A DNA stretch of 64,000 nucleotides from an uncultured Alphaproteobacteria bacterium (GCA_963807085.1 CAWEBB010000012.1:126913-190912), one strand, 5' to 3'. Positions 36,887-49,835 are shown, counted from the stretch's first letter. Notes: a model not told the origin generated them from the sequence alone. Numbers and translations: made by a program.

Positions 36887-39322
36887 TCAGTAGAGCCCGC
36901 CGATTCTCCGGCGGGCTTTTTCTGCCTCGGATAGTCCTGCGTCGCCTTCGTTGGCCGTGTTCATGGGCGAGTTATAGGTCGGCTCCGTTCCCGGCCGGTA
37001 CGCCTGAACCACGACGTTCTGATCGCCTGATGCGGCCAGCGCGCCGGTCTTGGCATTGACCCTGACCAAACGAACTCCTGGGGGCGCGCGGAAGGGTTGG
37101 GTCGGATAGAGTTTCGACGCTTCCTGCATAAAGGCGCCGAAAATGGGTGCCGAGACCAGACCGCCGGCCTCGTTCGGGCCGAGGGTTCTGGGGGTATCGA
37201 AACCGACATAGACGCCGACCGCCAGGTCCGAGGAAAAGCCGACGAACCAGGCGTCGAACGAATCGTTGGTCGTGCCAGTTTTGCCCGCAAGCGGAACGCC
37301 GTCCACGCGCGCGCGGGTGCCGGTGCCGCGTTCGATCACGCCCTGCAGCAGCGTCACGATCTGATAGATTGAAACCGGATCGTCGACCTGCTCCGTTTCG
37401 AGCGGTGGCAGCGGCACATGGTCAAGCGATGCCGAAGCGCCGTTGCACTCGGGGCAGGCCCGTTGATCCTGGCTGAACAGCGTATTGCCATACCGGTTTT
37501 GCACCCGGTCGATGAACGCGGGTGCAATCTTGCGGCCGCCATTCACCAGCATGGCATAGGCCGTGGTGAGCCGAAGCAGCGTCGTCTCCCCGGCGCCCAG
37601 CGCCATTGCCAGCACCGGCTCCATCTTGTTGATCACGCCGAACCGGGCCGCGGTGTCGGCGATCCGGGCCATCCCGACATCGTTGGCGAGGCGCACGGTC
37701 ATCAGGTTGCGTGACAGTTCCAGACCGAGCCGCAGCGGGGAGGGGCCGTAAAAACGGCCTGAACTGTAGTTGCCGGGCTTCCAGCCACTGCCGAGCACCG
37801 TAGTATCCCGCTGCACGAACGGCGCATCCAGTACGGTCGTTGAGGGCGTATAGCCGTTGTTCAGGGCGGTTAAATAGACGAACGGCTTAAAGGCGGAGCC
37901 CGGTTGGCGCACGGCCTGAACGGCGCGGTTGAACTCACTGCGCGCCGCGTTGTAGCCGCCGACCATCGCGAGCACCCGGCCGGTAAACGGGTCGATCGCG
38001 ACGAGTGCGCCCTCCGCCTCGGGCGCTTGCGCCAAGGCGTAGGTGCCGTCCGGATTGGGCCCGCCGTCGGCATCGGTGTCGATCGGGCGGACGAAAACCA
38101 CGTCGCCGCGCGCCAGCACGTCGGACGGGCTGTCGGGCTCCTGCACGCTGCGTCTGTTTTCGCTGTAAGCGCCGGCCCACCGCATTCGGGCGAAAGGGAT
38201 GGTCCCATTGCGGCCATCGGCGAACAGGATGGTCGCCTCCGTCTGGGTTAGCGCATCGACCATCGCGACTTTGCCCCTGCCGCCGGGGTCGGGTGACTCG
38301 ACCGCGGTCAGCGCCTTTTTCCAATCGCCGGACGGATCTATTTTGGCCAGGGGACCGCGATAGCCGTGCCGCTGGTCATAGACCTCCAGCCCTTCTCGCA
38401 GCACGCGCTGCGCTATCGCCTGCAGTCGCGGGTCCATCGTCGTGCGCACCGACAGGCCGTCATTCGTCACCCTGACGTCCGGAAAACGATCTTTGACTTC
38501 CCGCCGGACCTGCTCCGCGAACCAGGGCGCCGGCTGCTGCCCCGCGGTTTTGAGATTGGGCGCCAGCAGGGGCTCGGTGATGGCGACGGCTGCTTGCGCG
38601 GGGGTGATGACGCGATCCTCCGCCATCCGGCCGATGACCCAGTTCCGGCGGGCGACCGCGGCGTCATGGTGACGGACGGGATGATAATTGGTCGGGGCTT
38701 TGGGCAAGGCCGCCAGATAGGCGGCCTGTGCGATGGTTAGCTCGTCCAGCGTCTCCCCGAAATAGCGCATCGCCGCCGCCGCGACCCCATACGTGCCGGC
38801 ACCCAAGTAGATCTGGTTGAGATACAGTTCCAGAATCTCGTCTTTGGTCTTCGCCTGCTCGATCCTATAGGCCAGGATCGCTTCCTTGATTTTCCGCTCG
38901 TAGGTGACTTCGCTCAAGTTGGAGAAATTCTTGGCGACCTGTTGCGTGATGCCCGAGCCGCCGACCAGGCGCTTGTCTTCCACATAGTTGGAAACGTTCG
39001 TGACCGCCGCGCGCGCGAGCGCGAACAGGTCGATGCCGCCGTGCTCATAGAAATTCTGATCTTCGGCAGAAAGAAAGGCCTGCTTGACCATCGGCGGGAT
39101 TTCTCCAATGGGCAGAAATACCCGGTATTCCTCGGCGTATTCCGCCATCAGGTCGCCGTTGGACGCGTGCAGCCGCGTCGTGATTGGTGGCACATATTCC
39201 CGCAACGCCGTGTTGTCGGGCAGGTTCTGGCTATAGTGATAGACGATGCCGACAACTGCCCCGACGCCGATGCCGGCCAAAATCATCGCCGCCACGATAC
39301 CGCGTAATAACCATCGTTTCAT
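36887..39322 (-). CDS. mrcA: Penicillin-binding protein 1A (bifunctional transglycosylase/transpeptidase)
   Basis: 811 aa with an N-terminal TM segment. GT51 motifs are EDQNFYEHGGID, GGSGITQQVAKN and RKIKE. Transpeptidase motifs are SAFKPF and KTGTTND. Confidence 0.9.
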   Translation of the reverse strand: MKRWLLRGIVAAMILAGIGVGAVVGIVYHYSQNLPDNTALREYVPPITTRLHASNGDLMAEYAEEYRVFLPIGEIPPMVKQAFLSAEDQNFYEHGGIDLFALARAAVTNVSNYVEDKRLVGGSGITQQVAKNFSNLSEVTYERKIKEAILAYRIEQAKTKDEILELYLNQIYLGAGTYGVAAAAMRYFGETLDELTIAQAAYLAALPKAPTNYHPVRHHDAAVARRNWVIGRMAEDRVITPAQAAVAITEPLLAPNLKTAGQQPAPWFAEQVRREVKDRFPDVRVTNDGLSVRTTMDPRLQAIAQRVLREGLEVYDQRHGYRGPLAKIDPSGDWKKALTAVESPDPGGRGKVAMVDALTQTEATILFADGRNGTIPFARMRWAGAYSENRRSVQEPDSPSDVLARGDVVFVRPIDTDADGGPNPDGTYALAQAPEAEGALVAIDPFTGRVLAMVGGYNAARSEFNRAVQAVRQPGSAFKPFVYLTALNNGYTPSTTVLDAPFVQRDTTVLGSGWKPGNYSSGRFYGPSPLRLGLELSRNLMTVRLANDVGMARIADTAARFGVINKMEPVLAMALGAGETTLLRLTTAYAMLVNGGRKIAPAFIDRVQNRYGNTLFSQDQRACPECNGASASLDHVPLPPLETEQVDDPVSIYQIVTLLQGVIERGTGTRARVDGVPLAGKTGTTNDSFDAWFVGFSSDLAVGVYVGFDTPRTLGPNEAGGLVSAPIFGAFMQEASKLYPTQPFRAPPGVRLVRVNAKTGALAASGDQNVVVQAYRPGTEPTYNSPMNTANEGDAGLSEAEKARRRIGGLY
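36894..36923 (+). terminator. Intrinsic terminator of the ferredoxin gene, embedded in the 3' coding end of convergent mrcA
   Basis: AGCCCGCCG-ATTCT-CGGCGGGCT followed by TTTTTCT. The mrcA stop is at 36887-36889, so the hairpin encodes its last residues (..RRRIGGLY). Confidence 0.7.
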
Positions 39323-39449
39323 CGCACGTTCCGAAGTTGCACGTCCTGAAATTCCCGTCTGAAAGTTTCCATCGCACTGCCCATTCCCACTCTACCTATT
39401 AGGCGGTGCCGGCGGTCGCGTCGACCTTTGCGGCGGGGCGTGACATCTT

Positions 39450-40634
39450 TTACCGCTCTGCCGACTGGAGGGCGAAGTAGCCGTCGATTGCCGCCGTGAG
39501 CCCCTGGGCAACCTGGGTGAGGTGGATGGCGGAGTTCAGCAATTGCTCCTCATCGGCGTTGGAGAGAAAGCCCAGTTCCACCAGCACCGCTGGCACATCC
39601 GGCGCCTTCAGGACCGCAAAGCCCGCCTGCCGGTGCGCCCGGGACAATATGGGCACGCGCGTTAAGGCCGACTGAACGATGCGGTTCGCAAATCGCACCG
39701 ACCGGTTTCGCGTCTCGCGCTGGGCCAAGTCGATCAGCACCGGAATCGCGATCGCCTCTTCGCCGGAAAGGTCCACGCCTGCCAGGACGTCGGCCATGTT
39801 CTCCCGTTTGGCCAGCGCGGCGGCGGTATGATCCGAAGCAGTTTCCGATAGGCTGTAAACTGAAAGCCCTTGGGCGAGGCCGGAGCCGGCGGAATCGGCG
39901 TGAAGAGAAATGAACAGGTCGGCCTTCGCCTGGCGTGCGATAGCGATTCGTTCGCTCAATTTCAGGAACCGATCGTCGGTCCTGGTCAGCTTGACATCGT
40001 AACGCCCGGTGGTGCGTAAATGTTCCGCCACAATCTTGGCCGCGCGCAAGGTGATGCGCTTTTCCTTGATGCCCGATTTACCGATTGCACCCGGATCGAC
40101 ACCCCCGTGACCGGGGTCGAGGACGATCAGCGGCTTATGCCGTTCCGGTGCGGCCGTCGGTGCCGGACGGGGAATCGGCGTGTCCGCGAACGAGCCAAAT
40201 CGTTGCGCTCGGTAGTGCGCGGAAGCGCGCCATGACAAGGTTAGCTCGACGGCATTCTGTCGCCGTGTGATGGCTGGTTTGGCGACCGTCACCGGGCCGG
40301 CGAGATCGAAAACGATTCGGTAGGTGCCGGGCCGGAACCAGCCATATCGCACGGATCCCACCTCGCCTATCGTCTCGGCGGCACGTTTGAAGTACGCGGG
40401 AAGGCGGAGCCAATCGACGGGGGGAAGGTCGACGACCAGGCGGTTTGGCTGCGCCAGTGTTTGAATTCGGAATTCCGGTTCGGTGGAAAACCAAAATGTC
40501 AGGCGCGGCCCGTGATCGGTCAATTCCGCAGCCGCATTCAGCAAGACGATCCGCCCCTCTGCTGCCCATGCGCTTTGGCTCGACGCGGCCAACAGAAAGA
40601 TCAGCAAAAAGGTTCTGCGAACCTGCGATCGCAT
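39450..40634 (-). CDS. amiC: N-acetylmuramoyl-L-alanine amidase (AMIN domain + amidase_3)
   Basis: Start MRSQVRRTFLLIFLLAASSQSAWA (signal). An AMIN-like N-domain is followed by ..VLDPGHGGVDPGAIG..ISLHADS..ELGFLSN... Confidence 0.8.
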   Translation of the reverse strand: MRSQVRRTFLLIFLLAASSQSAWAAEGRIVLLNAAAELTDHGPRLTFWFSTEPEFRIQTLAQPNRLVVDLPPVDWLRLPAYFKRAAETIGEVGSVRYGWFRPGTYRIVFDLAGPVTVAKPAITRRQNAVELTLSWRASAHYRAQRFGSFADTPIPRPAPTAAPERHKPLIVLDPGHGGVDPGAIGKSGIKEKRITLRAAKIVAEHLRTTGRYDVKLTRTDDRFLKLSERIAIARQAKADLFISLHADSAGSGLAQGLSVYSLSETASDHTAAALAKRENMADVLAGVDLSGEEAIAIPVLIDLAQRETRNRSVRFANRIVQSALTRVPILSRAHRQAGFAVLKAPDVPAVLVELGFLSNADEEQLLNSAIHLTQVAQGLTAAIDGYFALQSAER

Positions 40635-40688
40635 GGGGCAGTGCGACTCCGGCCGTGGCAGGGTGACATGGCAGCTTGCCAGGGCCAA

Positions 40689-41240
40689 CGGATAGTGGCA
40701 CAGGCCGGTCTTGTCTACGCGCGATATGACAGGGTGGCATCGGTAAAGCTGTCCGCGGCATCGCGCTCAAAATAGTTGCATTGTTTATTCGTGGCAAAAC
40801 GTCTATAAATAGTTTGCGATAAGCACGCGTTGTGCGGGAACCGAGCGTCAGAGTCAAAGAAGCGCAGCCGGGATGCCGCCATTATGCCGCCCATATAAGG
40901 GTAGAAGGCAGAACCGCACCGCAAACAGACACGCAGACGGAGGTCGCGACGAAAGTGCGCCATTTCAATACGCAGATTGCGCAGGATACAGCGTTTGCGT
41001 CGGCGCGCCATTTGTTGCGGCCGCAAATGAAACCATACCTTGCCGAACGGCCCAGTCGGAGCGTTCCGATTACCGTGCAAGCGATCATTGCGCCTCAGCA
41101 GCAAGTCCCGATACCGGACTCAGCGCGGCTGCGAGCGGCTAAGCCGTCTACCGAATTCACTCGGTACGTAATTGACGATTTGACACTCAGAACGTTGTCC
41201 GGCTCGCCAACGGCTGTTCGCCGATTGGAGAACCACCCCT
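40689..41240 (+). promoter_or_regulatory. Long untranslated leader / promoter region of rne
   Basis: About 550 nt with no credible ORF between divergent amiC and rne. An AT-rich block at 40770-40830 is followed by GC-rich, potentially structured sequence. RNase E genes are known to be autoregulated through long 5' UTRs. Confidence 0.4.
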
Positions 41241-44228
41241 ATGACCAAAAGAATGCTGATCGATGGCGTTCATCCGGAGCAAACCCGGGTCGTCGTTATG
41301 GACGACCGGCGGCTGCTCGAATTCGATACGGAGATCGCTAGCCAGCGTACGCTAAAGGGCAATATCTACCTCGCCAAAATTACCCGGGTCGAGCCGTCCC
41401 TTCAGGCCGCCTTCGTCGATTACGGCGGCAATCGCCATGGCTTCCTGCCCTTCAGCGAAATCCATCCGGACTATTACCGGATACCGGTCGCCGATCGCGA
41501 GGCGCTGAAGGAAAGCCAGCGCCGCCGCTCCGCGCGTGACGACGATCCGGAGGACGATGACGACGAAGACAACGGCGCCCACGACGATCACGACAGCGCC
41601 CACGACACCGACGATGATAACGTTATAGAAGCTTTCGGGGCGGGTCACGAAGCCGGGGACGATGACGTTCGCGGTGACGAACGCGCCGCTGCATCCGCTG
41701 ATGGGGAAGGGGAGACTTCGGGCAATCGCCGCTCGCAGCCGTTAGCGGCTTCGGGCGAAGACGCTTCGATCAGCCTCGATCCTTCCGCGGCGGACGGGGA
41801 GGACAGCGACGGCAATGGCAATGCCGATGGGGCCGACCGGTCCAGAGGCCGGCGGGGACGGCGCAATGGCCGGACCGGGAACCGGCGTGACGGCGACGAT
41901 GATCGCAAGCGCAACGGCCGGGGCAACCGCCGCTCTTATACGATCCAGGAGGTCGTCAAACGCGGCCAGATCATGCTGGTGCAGGTGGTCAAGGAAGAAC
42001 GGGGCACCAAGGGCGCGGCGGTCACTACCTATCTCTCGCTCGCCGGACGCTATTGCGTCCTTATGCCGAACACCGCCCGCGGCGGCGGTATCAGCCGTAA
42101 GATCACCAACGGCAAAGACCGCAATCGGCTGAAAGATATTGTCGATTCGCTCGACATTGCGGACAGCATGGCGGTGATCGTGCGCACCGCCGGGATCGGT
42201 CGCACCAAATCAGAGATCAAGCGCGACTACGAGTTTTTGGCCAAAACCTGGGAGCGCATCCGGGATTTGACGCTGCAATCCCGGGCGCCTGTGCTGATCT
42301 ACGAGGAAAGCGGGCTGATCAAGCGGACCTTGCGCGATACCTACACGCGGGAAATCGACGAGGTCATCGTACAGGGCGACGCCGCCTATCGCGAAGCCAA
42401 GGACTTCATGAAGACCTTGATGCCGAGCCATGCAAAGCGCGTACAGCCCTACAAGGAAGCCTCGCCGCCGCTGCTCCACCGCTACCATGTGGACGAGCAA
42501 CTGCACCACCTGCATTCGCCCATCGTGCAACTGCCGTCGGGCGGGTATCTGGTCATCAACCTTACCGAAGCGCTGGTCGCGATCGACGTCAACTCCGGGC
42601 GTTCCACCCGCGAGCGCAACATCGAAGAAACCGCCCTGAAGACCAACCTGGAGGCGGCGGAAGAGGTTGCGCGGCAATTGCGGTTGCGGGATCTGGCGGG
42701 CCTGATCGTCATCGACTTCATCGATATGGAAGACCGTCGCAACAACTACGCGGTCGAACGGCGCCTGAAAGATGCGATGCGCATCGACCGGGCGCGGGTC
42801 CAGATCGGCCGCATCAGCCAGTTGGGGCTGCTGGAACTGTCCCGGCAGCGGTTGCGGCCGTCACTTTTGGAAACCATCATGGATGTCTGTCCGGTTTGCG
42901 CCGGGTTGGGGCGCGTGGCTTCGACATCCTCCAGTGCGTTCCAAGTCCTGTCGGCCATCGAGGACGAAGGGATGCGTGGCCGTTCCTTGCTGATCAAGGT
43001 GCACGTGGCGGCAGCGGTTGCATTCTATGTTCTGAACGAAAAGCGGGACGAACTCATCCGGATCGAGCGCGATTACGGTTTACGCTGTGTGTTTGAGCCG
43101 GATGGGTTACTGATCCCGCCGAACTTGCGGATCGAGGTGCTCGAAACCGGCCAACCCACGATCGAAGCGCCGAGCGAGCATGACGTGGTGGAGATTGAGC
43201 CGGAGGTCGAGCCGGAAATCGAAGAGGAAGAGACGGTCGAAGCACCCCGGTCCCGCCGGCGAAGCCGTCGTTCGGAGGAAAGCCAGGACGAGGGGACCGA
43301 CAATCAGGAGACCGGCCGCCGCCGCGGCCGCCGGTCTGGCCGTCGCCGTGACCAAACAAACGTTGAAGACGCAAATGCGGATACCAATGCCAATGTAAAT
43401 GCAAAGGGTAATGGCAGGCAGGCGGAAGCGTTATCGGACGATACCGATGATTCCAAGAACGAGGAGCGGACCCGCAACCGCCGGTCCAGCCGCCGTCGGC
43501 GCCGGCGCGGGCGCGGTGACGGCCGGTCCAATCTGCCCGGTGTTGCCTTGTTTGCACGGAGCGCGACGCCGCTCGCCTGGCACGTCGCCGCCGAAGACGA
43601 CAACGGCCAATCGGCCGCCGCGAGCGGAAAGGCGGCCGGGGGCGTACCGAAACCTGACGCCGCGCAGGCAACGAACGGCGCTGCGACCGAGGGCGCGCCT
43701 GTTCAACCGGAAGATCGACCTGAAGGTGATGCGCCCATAGTGAGCACTCCGGTCGCGGCGTGGTTCGAGCAAACCGAGGCGCCGGGTGATGCCGGCGAGG
43801 TAGCTGCGGAACAGCCCGCCGTAACGCCGGATGCGCCGGAGCAAGAACGAGCCCCGCACGACACGGTCGCCATCATGATGCGGCCGGTCGCGAAGGCGAT
43901 GGAGAAGTCCCCGAGCGGCCGACGGCAGCGCGTGCTCCAAAAACCATCCGACGATCAGCCGGACGAACGGGCGGCCGAGCCCGGAGCGGAGCAGGTGCCG
44001 GGCAGGGCGGAGACTGAAGCGCCCGCCGAAAGCACCGACGAGCCGGCACACCGGCAACCCGCAACGCAAGTGCCGGAGCCGATTGCGCTGGATGCCGGCG
44101 CGCATAGCGGCGGCGATACTGCTTCTTCCGCCGAAGACACGGCAGATGAAGAGCCTGCCCCGCAGCCGGAGGAGTCGAAGCCCGCCAAGCCGCGCCGCCG
44201 GGGATGGTGGCAGCGGCTGCTCGAATAG
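41241..44228 (+). CDS. rne: Ribonuclease E
   Basis: 995 aa. N-terminal catalytic half (MLIDGVHPEQTRVVVMDDRRLLEFDTE.., S1 domain GNIYLAKITRVEPSLQAAFVDYG, ..CPVCAGLGRV Zn-link). It includes an acidic insert and an Arg/Glu/Pro-rich scaffold in the C-terminal half. Confidence 0.95.
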   Translation: MTKRMLIDGVHPEQTRVVVMDDRRLLEFDTEIASQRTLKGNIYLAKITRVEPSLQAAFVDYGGNRHGFLPFSEIHPDYYRIPVADREALKESQRRRSARDDDPEDDDDEDNGAHDDHDSAHDTDDDNVIEAFGAGHEAGDDDVRGDERAAASADGEGETSGNRRSQPLAASGEDASISLDPSAADGEDSDGNGNADGADRSRGRRGRRNGRTGNRRDGDDDRKRNGRGNRRSYTIQEVVKRGQIMLVQVVKEERGTKGAAVTTYLSLAGRYCVLMPNTARGGGISRKITNGKDRNRLKDIVDSLDIADSMAVIVRTAGIGRTKSEIKRDYEFLAKTWERIRDLTLQSRAPVLIYEESGLIKRTLRDTYTREIDEVIVQGDAAYREAKDFMKTLMPSHAKRVQPYKEASPPLLHRYHVDEQLHHLHSPIVQLPSGGYLVINLTEALVAIDVNSGRSTRERNIEETALKTNLEAAEEVARQLRLRDLAGLIVIDFIDMEDRRNNYAVERRLKDAMRIDRARVQIGRISQLGLLELSRQRLRPSLLETIMDVCPVCAGLGRVASTSSSAFQVLSAIEDEGMRGRSLLIKVHVAAAVAFYVLNEKRDELIRIERDYGLRCVFEPDGLLIPPNLRIEVLETGQPTIEAPSEHDVVEIEPEVEPEIEEEETVEAPRSRRRSRRSEESQDEGTDNQETGRRRGRRSGRRRDQTNVEDANADTNANVNAKGNGRQAEALSDDTDDSKNEERTRNRRSSRRRRRRGRGDGRSNLPGVALFARSATPLAWHVAAEDDNGQSAAASGKAAGGVPKPDAAQATNGAATEGAPVQPEDRPEGDAPIVSTPVAAWFEQTEAPGDAGEVAAEQPAVTPDAPEQERAPHDTVAIMMRPVAKAMEKSPSGRRQRVLQKPSDDQPDERAAEPGAEQVPGRAETEAPAESTDEPAHRQPATQVPEPIALDAGAHSGGDTASSAEDTADEEPAPQPEESKPAKPRRRGWWQRLLE

Positions 44229-44315
44229 CTGTCACGAACTCAGGCTCGATGTTTTGCCAACAAACCGGCCTTTGCGGCTTGGTTCAACCTCCGTCGGACT
44301 GAAGGAGAGCCGGTC

Positions 44316-44975
44316 TTGAGCGAGATTACGCCTGCTCTGGTGCTGCGCGCCTATTCGTTGGGCATCTTTCCCATGGCGGAATCACGCGACGCGGAATCAG
44401 TTTTCTGGATTGATCCTGACGTGCGCGGGGTCCTGCCGCTCGACCGGTTTCACGTTCCCAGGCGTCTGAAGCGGACGGTCCGCCAGGGGCAGTTCGATGT
44501 GCGGTGCGACTGCGATTTCGACGCCGTGATCGATGCCTGTGCGGAGACACGGGGTGATCGCAGCGATACCTGGATCAACGGTCAGGTCCGTCACCTGTTC
44601 CGGGCGCTGAACACCATGGGCGTGGTGCACACGGTGGAGTGCTGGCGTAACGGTCGGTTGACCGGCGGTCTCTATGGTCTGGCCTTAGGCGGGGCTTTTT
44701 TCGGTGAAAGCATGTTCAGCCGCGAGCGGGACGCCAGCAAGGTCGCGCTGGTGCATTTGGCGGCCCGGCTGGTGCATGGCGGCTTTCTCCTCCTCGACAC
44801 CCAGTTCTTGACAGACCATCTGGCCCAGTTCGGCGCGGTGGAGGTGCCCCGCGACGACTATAAAGAGATGCTGGATGACGCCATTGCCGTTCGGGCGCGC
44901 TTCGCCGCCGAACTGCCGGAAGAGGCGCTTCAGGCGTTTCTGGACACGTCGCCCCCGAGCGCCGCGCGGGAATAG
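44316..44975 (+). CDS. aat: Leucyl/phenylalanyl-tRNA-protein transferase
   Basis: ..[60 protein letters not shown]... TTG start. Confidence 0.85.
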   Translation: MSEITPALVLRAYSLGIFPMAESRDAESVFWIDPDVRGVLPLDRFHVPRRLKRTVRQGQFDVRCDCDFDAVIDACAETRGDRSDTWINGQVRHLFRALNTMGVVHTVECWRNGRLTGGLYGLALGGAFFGESMFSRERDASKVALVHLAARLVHGGFLLLDTQFLTDHLAQFGAVEVPRDDYKEMLDDAIAVRARFAAELPEEALQAFLDTSPPSAARE

Positions 44976-45042
44976 GGTGTCTTGGCCCAACTTGCCTTTT
45001 TCCGCTAGGAGCCGTGCAATTAGACCGCTTCGCCGGTCGCAC

Positions 45043-45525
45043 TTACCGGATTTTCCGCCGTTTCGAGGTAATAACGCCGGAATTGAAGCCGCCCCAGGAA
45101 AGCTCGCCGCAGAGGCGGGCGTACTCGATTTTGGGACACCGGTTCATGACGACGTTCAGGCCCGCAGCCTCCGCCCGCTCGGCCGCTTCGTCATTGCGCA
45201 CCGAAAGCTGCATCCATACTGACTTCGCGCCATGCTTGACCGCCTCGTCGGAAACTTGCCCGGCGGCTTCTGATGCCCGGAAGATATCGACCATATCAAC
45301 CGTTTCCGGCAATTCGTCTAGATTGGCATAAACCTTCTCGCCCAAAATTTCTTCGCCCGCCGCCCGAGGGTTGACGGGATAGACCTTGTAGCCCTTGGTC
45401 TGCAGGTACTTCATGACGAAATAGCTCGGCCGGTTCCAGTTCGGCGAGGCGCCGACCATGGCGATCGTCTTGGACTGGCCGAGCACATCCTTCAGATAGG
45501 AATCGGAATAGGCATCGTGGTTCAT
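45043..45525 (-). CDS. CoA-binding domain protein (YccU-like)
   Basis: Start MNHDAYSDSYLKDVL at 45525. ..KTIAMVGASPNWNRPSYFVMKYLQTKGYKVYPVNP..VDIFR... Confidence 0.85.
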   Translation of the reverse strand: MNHDAYSDSYLKDVLGQSKTIAMVGASPNWNRPSYFVMKYLQTKGYKVYPVNPRAAGEEILGEKVYANLDELPETVDMVDIFRASEAAGQVSDEAVKHGAKSVWMQLSVRNDEAAERAEAAGLNVVMNRCPKIEYARLCGELSWGGFNSGVITSKRRKIR

Positions 45526-45872
45526 GCGGTAACATAGTATGGTAAAAGCGGACTGCGGCAGCAATACCAGATATCGGGTTTGCCGGGGACAGGACAATAT
45601 ACCTAGTTAGGAAATGTGGCTTCGGTCTGCTCCTTTTTGCGTGTTCGAAGCGGGCCAGCCGCGTTTGCTCTTGATCCTTGAATACGCCAGACATTGCGGC
45701 CCGGCTATGGGCGAAACCGCGGATCAGACCGCCGCTGCCGGTTGCCGCGCTATGGTTCACTCCAACACCTTTTTTCGAAACTCCTTCTTTAGAACAATTC
45801 TAACTGAGGGGTTCATCACCATATGATATAAAAGAGAGGCGTGAGAGCCCAGCGGCGAAGTCATCGACCTGA

Positions 45873-48083
<2,211 letters not shown>

Positions 48084-48225
48084 GGCGGAACCTAAGCGCG
48101 AAAGTTTGAGGGTGGGAGCGTAAGTTCCCGCCCTGTTTCTTTCGGAGCAAGACCATTGCCTCCTCACTCTCTCTCCCGCACCATTGCCGCCAAAGCACCA
48201 AGCATACATATCGGAGGAAAAACCC

Positions 48226-49059
48226 ATGGCGGAATTGGATGGCAAAGTCGCGGTCATCACCGGCGGCGCGAGCGGCATCGGCGAGGCGACGGTGCGGCTG
48301 TTCGTGGCGGAGGGTGCGCGCGTCATCATCGCCGACATGCAGCGCGAACGCGGCGAGGCTTTGGCGGCCGATATCGGCGACGCGGCAATGTTCGCGCCTT
48401 GCGAGGTCCGCCAGGAGGATCAGGTGCAGGCGGCGGTCTACGCCGCAGTCGCTAAGTGGGGCCGCCTCGACTGTATGTTCAACAATGCCGGCTTCGGCGG
48501 CGCGCTGGGGCTGTTCGAGGACATCCCGGCGGAAGAGTTCGACATGACCTTCGACGTCCTGGTGAAGGGCGTCTTCCTCGGCATGAAGCACGCCGTGCCG
48601 GTGATGCGGGAGCAGGGTGGTGGCTCGATCATCAACACGGGCTCGATTGCGGGCGTCGCGGCGGGGCGCGGGCCGCTGGTTTATTCCGCCGCCAAGGCCG
48701 CGGTGATCCACATGACCAAGATGGCCGCCATGCCCTATGGCGAGGCCAATATCCGCGTGAACTGCATCTGCCCCGGCTACATCCCGACGCCGCTGTCGAC
48801 CAACGCCGTCGGCAAGCCCGACGAGGTGGTCGCCGAACGCTCCGCCCACTACGCTGAGCGCCAGCCGATCCCGCGCGCGGGCCGCCCCGACGACATCGCC
48901 CAGATGGCCCTGTTCCTGGCGAGCGACCGGTCGAGCTTCGTGAACGGCCAGGCGATCGTCGTGGATGGAGCGGCCGCCAGCGGCGTGATGTGGAAGGATC
49001 AGGCGCCTGCGTATAAGAATTACCGGCCGATTAAGGTGTACAATCCAGATCGGGGATGA
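48226..49059 (+). CDS. SDR-family oxidoreductase
   Basis: GGAGGA 8 nt upstream of ATG 48226. KVAVITGGASGIGEAT, NNAG, YSAAKAAVIHMTK. The 3' end abuts the IS110 remnant. Confidence 0.85.
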   Translation: MAELDGKVAVITGGASGIGEATVRLFVAEGARVIIADMQRERGEALAADIGDAAMFAPCEVRQEDQVQAAVYAAVAKWGRLDCMFNNAGFGGALGLFEDIPAEEFDMTFDVLVKGVFLGMKHAVPVMREQGGGSIINTGSIAGVAAGRGPLVYSAAKAAVIHMTKMAAMPYGEANIRVNCICPGYIPTPLSTNAVGKPDEVVAERSAHYAERQPIPRAGRPDDIAQMALFLASDRSSFVNGQAIVVDGAAASGVMWKDQAPAYKNYRPIKVYNPDRG

Positions 49060-49452
49060 GGGCGGGTATTTTAGAGTATCTCCGGGCAAGCCCAGAGATA
49101 TGCCCAAATCTTGGTTTCTGCTGATCGGGCGGCTGCTTGAAGGACGATGCCATCGCGGAAGGCAACGCGATCGCCTCGGCGTCCCGGTCGTCGTTCTTGT
49201 TTGCTTTCCCATAGGGCCGACCATATTCCGGCGACATCAGGTGGATCGTGTGGCCCGCGGCCTCCAGCTCGCGCCCAAGATGGTGCGCCCCGCAGCATGC
49301 TTCCATCGCCACGATACAGGCTGGGAGCTTGCCGACAAACTCCACAACGCCATCACGAAGGCGCCGGCGCATGACGACAACGCCTGCCTTATCCAATCCG
49401 ACGAGGCTGCACACATTCTTACCAAGATCAATTCCAAGCACATGAATCGACA
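49060..49452 (-). mobile_element. IS110-family transposase remnant (N-terminal domain only)
   Basis: MSIHVLGIDLGKNVCSLVGLDKAGVVV..ACIVAMEACCGAHHLGRELEAAGHTIHLMSPEY.RPY.KANKNDDRDAEAIA.. is the DEDD N-domain. It then degenerates with no C-terminal domain. The upstream leader region 49453-49830 has no ORF. Confidence 0.65.
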
Positions 49453-49835
49453 TCGTTCCCTTCCTCTCTCGCTTGAAACAGAAGCAATCTAAACGATTGC
49501 TCCGGAGAGGGGCGGGCCATCCTATAATCACGAGTTGCCCACCCGTGGGAATCCCTGACAGTCTAAAATCTTTGCCGTTGGGATTACCCGCCTTGAGCGG
49601 CTCCTGGCGCTTCTCCGACCATCGCACAGCCATTCCGCGTGTCCGTACCCTCCCAACAGCGGCAACCTGCTCATAGCGAACGGGAAATGTCCGAGGCGGG
49701 TATGGACATCAGAAAAGGCGATATCTACGCTATGAGACACTGCTTCGAACAGAGTGCACCCGAAAATGACCTGTAAAGGGCCGCTCATTATAGAGGTCGT
49801 AGGCTGAACGAAAGACCACGGCCCAGGAGGAAACA

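Noticed and set aside
43054-44235. Multiple 70-225-aa ORFs on both strands within the 3' half of rne
   Set aside because: They are by-products of the low-complexity, GC-rich scaffold region of RNase E.
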